Part shown: one piece after another, positions 40,624 to 53,713 of the stretch
Position numbering within the stretch: position 1 is the stretch's first letter
Layout of the letters: each line of letters begins with the position of its first letter
Assembly (NCBI GenBank): GCA_025201805.1
Contig: MU619243.1
Coordinates: 207,436-271,435, forward strand
DNA: 64,000 nucleotides
Direction of reading: 5' to 3'
From: Parasitella parasitica NRRL 2501
Taxonomy: Eukaryota > Fungi > Mucoromycota
The notes under the pieces: generated by a model
Seen by the model: only the letters and a program-made list of their open reading frames with translations
Told to the model about the DNA's origin: nothing
The model's database searches: none
Made by a program: the position numbers and the translations under genes

Positions 40624-42462
40624 ATGGATTCCCAACAAAATAACAAGACTGAAACCTCCGCTGCTATAGCAGCATGCGCTGCTGGCTCACGCCATGCTAC
40701 TCCCCGCCAAAGCAACTCGCTTGCATCTGGTAACCGTTCGCGTCGTTCATCCGACATGAATGTGGATTCTGACACCCAAATGTCTGAGAGACAGGAAGGT
40801 CGTCCTAGCTCCGTATCGAGCATTTCTGCTGCTTCACGTGAAGCTGAACTCGATGAGAATATCGAGAGGGAATTGAGCGATGACGCTCTTCCTGCTGACA
40901 CGCGCTCTGTAATGAGTGATAGTGAGTCGGATCTCTTGTTGGATCAAGAGATGGGCCCTCTAGACGAGGAGCACCGACGCCGTCAATTTTACCGAGATCT
41001 TATGGTATTGAAAGACGATCTCTATAAAGCATCGCATTTAGCTATGATAAGCCCTGATAATGAGGCGTATGCTAATCGTGCAAACGTCTTAAAAAAGCAT
41101 TTTGAGATAATCAAGTCGAACTACAATGTGTTGTTTGCAGACTTGCTCAAGAAGGCAGTTCCTCCTCCGTCTCTCACGACAGGACAGGCCTTGATTGTGC
41201 CCACTGATACCCCTTTGTTGCAGTGGAAGAAGGGTGAGATTGTGGATAGTAATAAGCGCATCTTTACTACTATGGACGAGTGTTTGTCCAGATTCAGGGA
41301 TGTTGTTGAGCGATGTGGCCTAGACATCGACTCCAACTGGCAGAGGATTATTAAGCCTCAAATGCCAGCCAACATGGCCGCTTGGACTCGTGCATTGGTC
41401 AAGGAATCTCCCCAGATGAATTGGTCAGATTTCACAGACAAGTTGAAAGAGAAGTTCAGCATGTCTTTAGAGGCTCAGAAGCGCGATGCTCAAATGAAGC
41501 TTAAGCAATTGAAGTTGAGAAAGAGCAAGAACCTTGAAGCTTATATCAAAAGGTTCAATACTCTCAAGGATAGAGCTGGTGTCAAGGATCAAGAGACCTT
41601 GATTGACCATTTGCTCCGTGGTCTAAATGCAGACATGTACAGTGCCTTGTTTCTGCATATGAATCAGCTAGCCGACCTCAAAAATCGTACACTGGATTAT
41701 GCAATCTCACATTTGCGTGTTATCTACAACCTGTTGGTAAGGGACACTTTCTACCGAGAGCAATTGCGAAGAAAGGAGAAGATGTTACAACAAAAGGTAA
41801 CTCGGACCGTCCGTGAAGTCATACGTAACCAGCATGACCGCTGTGGTAATACTTCCAAAAAGCAGCATGCTTCCTCTTACACTGGTAGTGGGGGTAACAC
41901 TAAGCCGTATGCTCATCCCTATACTTCCAAGAGTATTGGCAAGAAGCCAACTCGCCGTGCTGGACAGCACCATGGTAAGCAACGCCATGACTATGATAAG
42001 AGTAGTGGCGATACTCCTGAATGCTTTGCCTGCGGTTTCACACCATTCACTTATGCTCATAAAGCTGTGTGTAAGGAAAACTCAGACAACATGAAGCCGA
42101 AACAGAAGCAGCATCAGAAGAAGGGTAGTACATCTAAGAGGATTGTTGCCAGACCACCACCTCGAGCTAGCAGCATTGAGGGTAATGCTGATAGTAATAA
42201 TTTCTCGTTCTCGTCAGATAAGAGTAATCAAGCCTTTGTTGTGGCTACAACTGCCACCAAGAGCAAGAAAGCGAGAAAAGACATCAATGACATGAATCTT
42301 GATCGTAAGCATCTTAATAGTGATTATTTTAGGCGGATACCTAGTAATAATATGAACACTAATCGTCTTCTTTATCTGCCTGTTACTATAGAATCCCAGA
42401 AAGGTGATAAGGTCAACACTTGGTTCTTGCTGGACACTGGATGCGACTGGTTGATTCTATGA
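40624..42462 (+). mobile_element. Ty3/Gypsy-like gag plus truncated aspartic protease ORF (element remnant)
   Basis: Intronless ~612-aa ORF; capsid-like WSDFTDKLKEKF...LEAYIKRF...LLRGL; knuckle CFACGFTPFTYAHKAVC; WFLLDTG then a stop; no RT/IN downstream. Confidence 0.85.
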
Positions 42463-42548
42463 GTCTAAATGTAATAAAAATGGCAGAATATTAGTGTAGT
42501 TGATAGGAAAGGGTAAACAGAGGAAGAGCTTAAGATTAATTATGGCTC

Positions 42549-42672
42549 CCTTACGCCTATCCTTACGCCTATCCTTATGCCTATCCTTATGCCTATCCTT
42601 ATGCCTATCCTTATGCCTATCCTTATGCCTATCCTTATGCCTATCCTTATGCCTATCCTTATGCCTATCCTT
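42549..42672. repeat. 12-bp minisatellite (CCTTAYGCCTAT) x ~10.3
   Basis: Directly visible; the first two units carry C, the rest T. Confidence 0.97.
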
Positions 42673-44413
42673 GTGAAAAATTGTAGCAGTAGTTTAAGAC
42701 TGAAAAGTTGATAGGTCTGAAAAAGGAAGCTCTTCATTGAAATTCCCAAAATGTCCATTCTTTTAAATACTGATAATAAAATGCAAGCCAGCAACTACAC
42801 GATGAAAATTACCTATTCTTCAAGTATTTACCATGTTGTTGTATCATATGATCTGCAAGATGGTTGAGCTCTTCGTGGTACGTTCAACAGCAGTTGCAAG
42901 CATACGCGGTTGTGTAATTAATCTATAAACCCGATTTAGTCTACTTGACAAGATTTGACAAAAATAATATGAACCCATTTACAAAGCGTTCACTTTGGTC
43001 TTTTGGAATGAAAGAAACTCTATCAAAAAATATAAGTTTTATTAAGAGCTGGACTCGCATTCCGTTTCATAATACTCACTTGGGTGTATTATAGAACCGG
43101 GATGCAGCTTCACCAAAATTCAAATCTGTATTGTAAAGCGTTTAGAGTTTCACGGCAATTTATTAACGAGCTCAAAAGGTTTACCTTCTATATCCATATA
43201 ATGGCGCCTTAAATTACCTGCGTTCAGATACAATTTCTTACATACATGGCAAGCATGTTTAAAGTAAATGTGCTGCTTTGGCATGGTTGGGCAAAGATGT
43301 TATAGATCAGCGTAAACTGAGCTATTGCGTGAAAAGAATCTCCAGGAATATTCTACAAAAGATCACAATCATCAAGACCAGGCTAGTACGGATTTAAGAA
43401 TACGCAATCCAATATCAAGAACAAATAGAAGCAACTCCAACACTCTTCAAATCTGCCATTGCTTCTCTCTTTCCCAATCTTTGCTGCCAAGTCGTCCTTA
43501 ATAAATAATCCACTATAATTTAGGCTCGTACATATAATCATTTATCCTTGGAAAACTAATATAAAAAGATAGTTTTCAAAAGAAATCTTGAGGATATTCA
43601 TCTAAAAAATAAATAATAGTTTTAAAAAAGTATTTTTTTATATACTTTTTTTACTACTAATTTAACAGTAGATAACGGAAAGAGCTAAGAAAATATTTTA
43701 TCAAACACAATAGATACAGGTATTGATCAAGGCAAAAGTTGTTGGCCAAATGGCTTGAGACGTGTGAATTATGGTGAAAATTTATGTGCACTTTATGTAA
43801 TCATAGTAGGTTCCAATTGAAGTTCAAAGGGTGTTCGATTTGCGAGCGGACGCACTGTATTAGGCAAAAAGGGGAGGGGGGAGGGGATAAAAGCATCTCC
43901 AACGGAAATGATAAACTGAGCCATTTGAAGCACCCGCAAATTTTCGTCTGCTTTTTTGGAAGTGATGATGATGTTCTTGATCCTGTTTCTCTAATTGATA
44001 TGGTATTGGTGCCACGTGCTCTTTTGATGGCCAAAAACACAAACTCGACTTTGACAGTTGCAAAATATGAAAATTTGAGGTGTGGTAGAGTGTCTTTTTA
44101 TAGGGTCAACTTGATTCATGGGCAGCGGAATAGCGGTTTTTTCTGATTCCATTTTTGTGCAGTTGTCCTCTTTTTTTTTTTACTTGTACTGGAATCCGTA
44201 GCCTTGATAAACATCTCAGTGAATTGTCTAATATGGATAGAGACTACACAAATCATAAACCCACTCGAAGATCAAACGATGTCAAATTATTATAATGACA
44301 GTTATCTGATCTACCTATCTCCATAAATTATCATATCGCACGTGATAAACCAAAACGTTTAAATAGCACGGGCTTATTATTCGAGTCCCATGTTTTTCTA
44401 GAAGACAATACAT

Positions 44414-45486
44414 ATGGGTGACATTGCTGAACAAGAAAAACTCGAAAGGCGCCGTGCCAGAAGACAGCAAAAAATCTTGGCTTCTGCACAGAGCAGACTT
44501 AGTAAAATCACAAATAGTCAGGCAGGTACGTTAATGTTGAGGTAGACGTGTGTTTACCTTTGGATGTGAATGTTTTCGACAAGCAACCAACTAATTTCCA
44601 AGCGAAAAAGCACTTCGAGAGACATTTTCACCATCGCCGTCGCCTTCGCCATCGACATCTACATCAACTCTTAATTCCACCACTGAAAGAAACACAATTG
44701 CAGAACACTACCCATCTCCCTCAGATCCGCGTCGCCAAAAATACGAGGAGCGTTTAATGTCTAACCCGCCTTCGCCTTCGCCTTCGACTTCTACCATTAA
44801 GCGACAACAGCAACACCGTCCCGCTGTCCAAAGAGTTATTGAGGAAGAACAGGCCAACACGTTGAATGAAAATGGATTCCTCGGCGGTAAAATACCTCAA
44901 CTGCTGCTAGTCAACATGTTGCGTAAAACAAGCCCAGAACCAAGAAGGTCGTTGCATCCTGCCAACAAGTATTGGAATTTACTGCATTTCATTTCGATGG
45001 TGTGGTTAGGTATATTGGCCATTTATGAAGAAGCCAAGGTTCATGGATTGAATCAAGTTCCAAAATTGATACAAAACCCATCACTAAACGATTCTAGTGT
45101 GACGGAAACAGTTCATTTTGTAAGTTGTCTCATGAAGGCATATGGTAATCGCTAGTATTGACAAAGTGATTTGCTTGTGATAGCCTGTCTTTTGGTACTT
45201 TGTTGTATTGGAAATAACTTTACATTTCGGCAGAAATATGTATCATCCAGTAAGTTCCACTTCCACAGCATCGTTCCGCCCCCGATTGACACCTATCGTA
45301 TAGCATATCAAAACCCCTGAAGAATCGTCATTTCTCAGTGTCGCAATGCAACTACCGCAACAACTGCAGCATCCTGCTTATTTAGTTCAAAAATATGGTG
45401 TAATGACTAATCGAATATTTCGGGATTTATGTATTGTCATTTTTGTAATAGGGTTTACAAGCTTGTGTTTGAGAATTTGTATATAA
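44414..45486 (+). CDS. GET2: Get2/CAML-like GET pathway receptor
   Basis: N-terminal ERRRARRQQKILASAQSRLSKIT, low-complexity linker, three C-terminal hydrophobic segments. Confidence 0.75.
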
Positions 45487-45515
45487 AGTGGTAAAATAAA
45501 AGGAAGGATGTATTT

Positions 45516-47512
45516 TTATTTTTTTAGTAAGCTATGCACAACATGAGAAACCTTCAAATTCTTGAGATCGGTATAGGTTTGACCAGTACCAACAAAATAG
45601 ATGGGTTGACCAGTGATATAAGTCATTGACAGTGCCGCACCCACCTTATCATCAATAGTGTCAAATTTAGTCAGGATCATACCATCGATATGTCGAGGAT
45701 TTTGTAAGCCTGAGAAATCTTTCAATGCTTGATTGAATTTTGTAAGCTGATCCACAGCTTCGTTGCCGACCAGTGCTTCTCCTACAAAGATAATCTTGTC
45801 AGGCTGATTCACAGAGACCAGTTTCGATAGAGCTCTCATCAAAGGCTCATTATCTTGCATACGACCAGCCGTATCAATCAACACAACATCGAAGCTGTTG
45901 ACAGTAGCATAGTTGATAGCATCTTTGGCAATACCTGCCGAATCTTTGCCATAACCGCGTTCAAATAATTCCACAATACCATCACCGCTAGTCTGAAGAG
46001 CACGTAAATTGCGGGCATGAACACGCAATTGTTCAACAGCACCACTACGAAAAGTATCACAAGCAGCAATCAAGATCTTATAGTTGTTTTGAAGTAGCCA
46101 GAAGCAAACCTTGCTAAGGTTGGTTGACTAAAACAGGGGTTAAATTCGAGAATCCTGCGGTATTTCGTGATTGCAAAATAGATTTACCTTGCCTACGCCA
46201 TTAACACCGATAAAACACATGGTATAAGGCCTCTTTTCAGACTTGGCCTGCTCGATATCTCTCAAGATGTCCAAAGATGTCTTGGGTGTCAAAATTCGTT
46301 TTAAAGCCGTTTCCATGCTATTCCTCACAGCAGTAGAAATTCTTTCAAAGCTACCAAGCTTCTTTCCCAATAAACTAGTTCTGACGCTTTGACAAAGATG
46401 CTCAGCAATATCAGTAGCCACGTTTTGTGTGATTAAATGCTCCTTGATAGTTGCAATGACCGGATCCAAAGTTGTTGCAGTTATTTCTCGTTGCCCAGTG
46501 AATGATTTGAAATACGAAAAGAGACCAGATGAAGTACCGTTTTCAACCTTTTCACTCAAACCATCATCTTCATCATCAAAGTCCAATTCATCGTCATCTT
46601 CTTGAATCACGTCCTGTACCTCGTATATGCCTTGTTCGTTCTTTTGGCCGAGTTTGGACTCATCTACAAAGTGAGCTGCAATCACACCTGCGTCAGCATC
46701 TTCATCATCGTTGTCATTGTTGCTGGATTTTTTGCTGCTGAAATCCAGTGCCTCCATTTCGCCCTTTGCTATCTGACCATCCCAAACACGGGCTTGCTTT
46801 TGCGATTTCTTCTTTTTCTGGGCGGCATCATCATTCGTGCTGGGAGAACTAGTAGACGTTGATTTACTTGGCTTGCCCTTACGGCCCCTAGTACCTGCTC
46901 TAGGACTTGCCTGCAATTTGAGAGCCTTGATATTCTTTGCAATTTCATCCTCATCCACAGTATTCGAATTTATCACAGGAAGAGCGCCCACTAAAACATG
47001 CCATGCTCAGTCTCATTTCCCCTTTCTTGACAAAACAAGAAAAACTTACTATTTTGCGCTTGAGATCCCTTCAATGAATTTTCAAATTTCTTGGTATTTT
47101 CAAACTTTCTTGGTGCACGCTGACGGTTTTGAGAGGAGTATTTATCTTCGATCTGTTGCAGGAGTTTGTCGAAGATAGGGCCAAACGACGTATAATCACC
47201 ATCCACAAGTTGGCCTTGAGAAATCAGTTCTTTGTTAGTTGCCAAAAACATACGCTTTACAGTCTCCAAGAGTTCGTCAATATAGTTCAACTGTAAGATC
47301 TTCTGGTACGCAACAACAAAGACCAAGTCGAGCTCGTTGGCAAAAGTCCATTTTAAAGCATAACTTTCCTTAAAATACGAATCTGTACCTGCGCGTTCTT
47401 CGATGAGCACATTGCGGATCAAATCCTCAACTGGGGAACCATTGATGGGCGCAAATGTCTTTTGCCATAGTACAAAACCGCCTTTTGTTAATATTGTGAA
47501 TAAATCAAGCAT
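45516..47512 (-). CDS. SRP101: Signal recognition particle receptor alpha subunit, 3 exons
   Basis: Longin N-terminus [16 protein letters not shown]; [31 protein letters not shown]. Confidence 0.97.
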
Positions 47513-49630
47513 TGCTATAGTTAGAAAGAGTGAAGGAGAAAAAGAGGCCAAAAAATTTCCACCGAGGTCCAATACAATGCCTCCAGTGCCAATTGGCCAT
47601 TTAAATAGTATCCAATTAGCGCTTTAAAACCTGTCAATCTTCGCTTCTGAACAACCTCAGTTACGCGTTTCGCAACCTCAACCGGCGTTAACAATAAACA
47701 TCATGTTCTCAATCCAATAATTTTATTTATGTATAGCCAATTTTCATTAAAGAAACTTGCGCACTAGATTAATATCGAGAATTAAAAGCAGTAGTAAATA
47801 ACATCTGAATCACATGTGTGTAATAAAAGGTGCTTTTGTCTGATCAATATCCGATGTAACATGTAAAAATATAAATCTTTACATGTATTCATTCACATTT
47901 TCACATTATTTTCTCCATTATAAAAAAGAGAATCAAAGCATACTATCGAGCCAATGTCAATATCTCTTATGGCTTCAAGATGGGTTCGCTTCTTTGCTTA
48001 TTTGCAATATTGAGCGCAGCGTTCTTTTATTTGAAATGGCATTGCTTTACATTGCATGAAAAGATTTCATAACCCTAATTGTAAAAGATGCGATGATTTA
48101 GTTGCAAGTTACAACACAAGACCTTGAAATTTTCAAAAAGTAAACTTTTTGCTTGATTGCATCATTTCGTAAATACCAGAACGTACTCTATCGTACAATC
48201 ACACCACCGACCATAGCCATTCCACTACTCTTGAATAAATCTGTTCTTTGGATTAACTCCAAACTATAATGTCAGAAAACCGAAAAATCTTTCTTGAGAG
48301 GCAGCTTGCAATATAGTGTTGCAGAGCATGCTTGCCGAAATATATCTTAGCATATTGTCATTCCTTGAAGTCAGGGTGAAAAAGAAGTACCCCCCTTCCT
48401 GAAACTTGGTCATCTTTGATTTGGCTTGTTACGGGGTCTGTCTTGAGGAACTTCTCAAGATGCAGTTAACAATGGAGTTTTGCAAGACGAAATTTATTCT
48501 GCAGCCATGTCAGCAACCTCAAATCCTGCTTGACGGATAGGAGAATCTCTGGCGCTTTAGAACAAAAAGAGAAGTTTGGGATTTTATGACACTTATTCTC
48601 CACAAAGATACATTATCATCTCAGGTAATAATGAAGTTACCTCATTAGGAGCCATTCAAAAGCCTGTTTTGTCTATGACTGATGGATTGCATTGCAATGC
48701 AGACCATAACCTGTCAACATTAGGAATGCCATTTCACAATTTGAAGGCGTTCTTCACTAAAAATCTGTATAAAGTCATTGAATAGACCTTACAGTGTACT
48801 CAGCATCCTTGACAGCGACATTACTTTTATTTGAGAAACGTGAATAGTCCTTGTCTGGTTGTATTTGAGCTGGTCTTTGCTTCAGGTTTGCGAGTTTATG
48901 TCACTACTATCTTGGCTACACAGGCTCTAGGTATGAGTAATTAAGCAGCCTATTGTAGACTAAGTTAAAAACCATCAAGCATAATTGAGCGTATGATACG
49001 GTGCTATTTGTCAGATTTGGCTACATCAAATGCAAGTGAGGATGTATAAAAAAAAATATGCTCCTTAAAGCTTGGAAAAAAGCCCTCAGTTTTTATATAC
49101 ACAAATCACTAGACTTTATGTTTTATGATATCAAGCATTTCTTTAATGAAATCATACGCTTCTTTGTTTATCAGGATAGCATGTTTTATTGGGTCAAACC
49201 TTGTTTGTAGCTGCATTGAAAGTGGACCAGTTAAAATGTCTGGATGACCCTTGGTCTTTATTTGTTTGTTTACATTTACGAGTCTGTATCTCAATCTGAT
49301 AAACACAATGGTCTCCAATCAATTAGCAATCAAACATCAATTTGTTGTATATAGATTTGTTTTATGTAAGGATCTGGTATCTTCTTTTATTTTTATTACC
49401 ACGCCAGCACACTGATTACATACACAAGATCAAGTACAGAAAGCATTGCATTTATCCCTACATTTTAACTGAAAACTTTAAGATTTTGTTCTTATTTAAG
49501 GATCAGATAAAAGAGAATAGGGGGTAGGACATGTGGTTTGCGCGCAGACTGAATCAGATAATAAAAAAAAAAAGTTTTCCTGTAGTACATCTAATCTCTT
49601 CTCTTTCATCTATATTTCACACATTACCCA

Positions 49631-51748
49631 ATGATGCCAATCAGCATACCCAACTTATTAGAAGGCAGGAGACTAACTGGAGTGCTACCACCAGAAAAAC
49701 AGCCGCCTCTACAATACTTTTTACCCCAACACTATCAGCCAGCACTAATCGACATTGAGTCCTGTATTGACGATCCTTTGCTTGCGCCATTGGGGTTCCA
49801 CGTAAAGAGGCCCATTAAAAGAGAGAAATCACACACCAACACTGGGCAAGTCTTTCTAGAACCAAAACAAACTCGGCAAGATGTAACATCGTCGACTGCT
49901 GGGATCGTCATGTTGAGAAGAAGAGGCATGGAGACCACTCAATTAGCACAGGAATTAGATAAGCTACTATTGCCTGCGCTGACTCCCTACTTGAAATCGA
50001 CGTTTTCGATCGGAAATCAGTATACAACACTTGTTGAATTAGATATATCCAGAAACAAACTGGCTCAACTGCCGAGCCAGATTTCCCAATTAACACATCT
50101 ACGTAATTTGAATGCTACTTTAAATCAATTAACAGACATACCAAAAGAGCTGTTCACCTTGAAAGATCTTCAAGTGTTGACGCTCTCTCAAAATCAGATC
50201 AACGCTATACCAGACGACATGCCTCGATCCTTGCCAAACCTTGTTACATTCCGCATTGCAGCAAATGTCATAACATCGTTGCCTAGCAACCTGCATCTGT
50301 GGACTAAAATGCGTCATTTACAATTAGGCTCCGTTTATGGAGGTAACCAGCTGGTGCAATTACCGGATGGTATCACAGAAATGTCTGCTTTGGAGGAATT
50401 AGATGTGTCCTACAACCAGCTCCGATCCCTCCCACATGATCTCGTCGAGCTACAAACATTACAGATACTGAATGTTTGCAGTAATCAGCTGGACTTCATT
50501 CCAAAGTCAATCGTTCATTGCTACCAGCTTAAGTCGCTCAACCTTTCGCAGAACCACCTTACAAGTCTACCAGCAGATCTAGTCAATCTCAGAAATTTAG
50601 AATTATTAGACATCAGCGAGAATCTGCTGTGTATCATGCCTGCTGAAATTCTTGAAAGAATGGAATCAGCTAATCTGCTCATTACTGGCAACCCTCTCAC
50701 AAGGCCAGGTCACTGTGATCAAGGACAATTAGGTCAAGATGCTTATACTCGAATTCTCAAGCAAATGACTAGACGTGCAGTACCTCGCTCATCACCTGTT
50801 GCTTCCCCGTCTGTTTCCCACCATGTTCCAGCTTTTCGTGAGCAATGCGGCCCATATGGCAGAGGTTGTTTACCTGAAAAACCATCATCATCAGTATCAG
50901 CATCCACATCAGCAACAGCATCAGCAACAGAATCTTCAACACCATCCGCTTTGATCAATTCTTATTTCCCACTTGTAAAAACATCCTCATCCTCATCCTC
51001 CTCTTCATCTTCATCCTCCTCCTCTTCATCCTCATCCTCGTCCCCGTCTTCATCCTCGTCCCCATCATCCTCGTTCTCATCATCTTCTCCATCATCAAGT
51101 GTAACAGCATCGTCGCCACCCGCCATCTCTTCTTTGCCTTTTCCTTCTCTGGATACTTTCACCCCTGCCTCTGCATCAACAGATTCCTCTGAAGATCTCA
51201 ATCCTAGACCGCCTTTTCACTCGATACACCCCCAACAAGACGAAGATGCCGCAATTGATCAAGAGCTTTCCTACCACGCTCAGCAACTCAACATTGATGG
51301 CTCTCGACCTATTATACGTCCACCTATTAGCCAGCATCATTTGATCGGCACTTCTCGTTCCACGATAATGCAAAACTCCACGACAACATCATCGCAGTAC
51401 GTGCTTTTAGATTTCCCAAGAGAATCGCCTTTGCCAACTGAGACGAGACTTTTACATTCACTTCGAGAAATAACGACAAGAGCCATCCTTCGCCATAAAA
51501 TTGATGTACCATTAGATTTGCTACCGATTCATTTAGCACAGGATTTATCAGGGGAAAGAAACAAATGTCGTTCTTGCAACTATTGTCAGGGACCGTTTAT
51601 CAACGAATGGGTTACTTCTGTTCAAGTCAAGAGCTTCGGCGGACATCCAGCTGTTGTAAGAAGAGTGCGTTTTTGCTCCACGCAATGTTGGTCTCAATGT
51701 TTACCAAAAGAACAATCCAAATCTGTTGTTTGCGTTCACCATCAATGA
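49631..51748 (+). CDS. Leucine-rich repeat protein with Ser-rich linker, SOCS/BC-box-like segment and C-terminal Cys motif (LRRC58-like)
   Basis: About ten LxxLxLxxNxL repeats; SLREITTRAI...LLPIHLAQDL; CxxCxxC...FCSTQC. Confidence 0.85.
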   Translation: MMPISIPNLLEGRRLTGVLPPEKQPPLQYFLPQHYQPALIDIESCIDDPLLAPLGFHVKRPIKREKSHTNTGQVFLEPKQTRQDVTSSTAGIVMLRRRGMETTQLAQELDKLLLPALTPYLKSTFSIGNQYTTLVELDISRNKLAQLPSQISQLTHLRNLNATLNQLTDIPKELFTLKDLQVLTLSQNQINAIPDDMPRSLPNLVTFRIAANVITSLPSNLHLWTKMRHLQLGSVYGGNQLVQLPDGITEMSALEELDVSYNQLRSLPHDLVELQTLQILNVCSNQLDFIPKSIVHCYQLKSLNLSQNHLTSLPADLVNLRNLELLDISENLLCIMPAEILERMESANLLITGNPLTRPGHCDQGQLGQDAYTRILKQMTRRAVPRSSPVASPSVSHHVPAFREQCGPYGRGCLPEKPSSSVSASTSATASATESSTPSALINSYFPLVKTSSSSSSSSSSSSSSSSSSSSPSSSSSPSSSFSSSSPSSSVTASSPPAISSLPFPSLDTFTPASASTDSSEDLNPRPPFHSIHPQQDEDAAIDQELSYHAQQLNIDGSRPIIRPPISQHHLIGTSRSTIMQNSTTTSSQYVLLDFPRESPLPTETRLLHSLREITTRAILRHKIDVPLDLLPIHLAQDLSGERNKCRSCNYCQGPFINEWVTSVQVKSFGGHPAVVRRVRFCSTQCWSQCLPKEQSKSVVCVHHQ

Positions 51749-52902
51749 TTAGTAGTTTTTATTAGTAAAATATACCCTTTTATATTACCTTTACATGTTT
51801 ATTAATAAACAACTACATATAATACTTTAATTAAATCATATACAAAATACCAACAGTAGTAAAGCATCATGCGCATTCAACTCTGTGATTTGGCTGCTGT
51901 CTATTTGCTCAGAAAAAGCCAAAGCACTGTCCAGTATAGTATAACAATGTAATGGTGCCATATGATCCTATTATCTTTTGTATTAAATGCGCATTATCAG
52001 GAATATTTAATGCCCTAATACAACGTCCTAGCGTACACCAATCACGCCAATATACGCCAATATGCAGGCTCACTGTAATGACTTTATGCTAACAGTTATA
52101 TACATCTACAATAGCGTTATTATATAGATACCCGATGGTATCTTATCAGTGGACCATGATTCAATCTTCATACATAAAACCTGAAGTATTAAAGAAAAAA
52201 AAAATGACTTTTAAGATAAAAAGAGCCAAGAATGCGAAAATTTAATAATAAATCAATAGATAATCAATGTATACCAATTATACTTTCACCAAAACGAGAT
52301 ACAAAAATTTTCTATAATATAATAAATTTGAGAGCTTTTAAATATTAATGAAAGTAACACTTTATTATGCCAAGGTTAATGATTTTGAATCGACTTTTAA
52401 AGCATGTACAGTATCAGCTGTAAAAATTCTTGTCTGTGAACATAGACATTTTTTTTATATCATTAGATGTAAAATTGAGTTCTTTACAGGAATTATTATT
52501 GCTTCCAGTGATGCTGCATTCGTATTTGCGTTGATCTACATTATAAAGTGCAAACCGAAATATGTTTGGGTTTTTCAGTCACCGGTTCAGCCAATTTTTC
52601 AGATATAATATCTTTAAAGAGTTTAAATAATACATCAGACTTAGTACACAAAGCTTTTAATGCTTTGATAACATCAAAATTCTCTCCAAGTACGCTTTGG
52701 TGTTTTTAATTTCGAAAAAGAGCAACTGTCGATCTATCAACGGTATGATTTGCGATTGCATGTAGCGCTATCACTGCCTAGTCACGGAAAGAAGGGCCTG
52801 AGTTAGCACCACCCCCCGCCCTTGCATCAAAAAATGGTTTCCATGTCAAATATAAAATATTTTCACCTCTTCTCCCTTTTGTTTTACATTCTATAAAACT
52901 AA

Positions 52903-53649
52903 ATGCATCGTTTTAAAGCAAAAGGTGTTAGCTCTCGTGTATTTCCTAAGACACAATGGATGAATCCCAAAGAAAAGATCACTCATTGGAACATTGTTAC
53001 CGGTGATAAGGTTGCCATCATTGCTGGCAAAGATAAAGACACGATTGGTGAAATTAAATCTGTCAATCGTTCAAACAATACTGTTATTGTCGAGGGAAAG
53101 AAATTGGCAAGTATTTGAGTAATCAAAGGAGGCATGTTTCTAATCTCATATCAAACATTTGTAGGGCAAGAAGCATGTCCCTATGCAACCTGGTGCTCCA
53201 GAGGGTATCATGAGAAAAGAGTTGCCTATTCATTACTCTAATATCATGTTGCTTCATCCCGATACACAGTAAATGTTTCGAATTTATACTATCACAATGA
53301 TTGACTAATTACCGTCTATGATAGAATGCCTACTCGTATTGATCGTCGTAAAATAACCAACACTTTGGACGATGGTCGTATCATTTCACGTTGGACTAGA
53401 GTTGTCAAAGGCACTGATATTGAGATCCCCAAACCTGTCAGAAAATACAATGACCAAAGCACGGAAGAGAATTTCACAACTACTGCAGATGATGCCATTG
53501 AAGCCACCTACAAGCCAGATTTCACAAAGCCTCCTTTCCCTCAAGATCTTGTAAAGGAACTTAGAAACCCCTATAAAAAGAAGTTTATTATAAATTTATC
53601 TTCAACAGCAGCAAGCAGTACTTCTGCCGCATCCAATACCGAAGCATAA
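52903..53649 (+). CDS. MRPL40: Mitochondrial ribosomal protein uL24m, 3 exons
   Basis: KOW motif WNIVTGDKVAIIAGKDK..IG, VIVEG, KKH, ELPIHYSNIML. Confidence 0.92.
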
Positions 53650-53713
53650 ATACGCTCACCCCCCAAAAAAAAAGCAAGCGAAAATGTACAGTTACTTGAA
53701 TAAAAACATAGAT

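Noticed and set aside
42540-42794. ORF with GIRI repeats; possible CRISPR-like array
   Set aside because: Translation artefact of the 12-bp minisatellite; there are no spacers
48505-48560. KAPEILL kinase-like word on the minus strand
   Set aside because: Isolated; no other kinase subdomains
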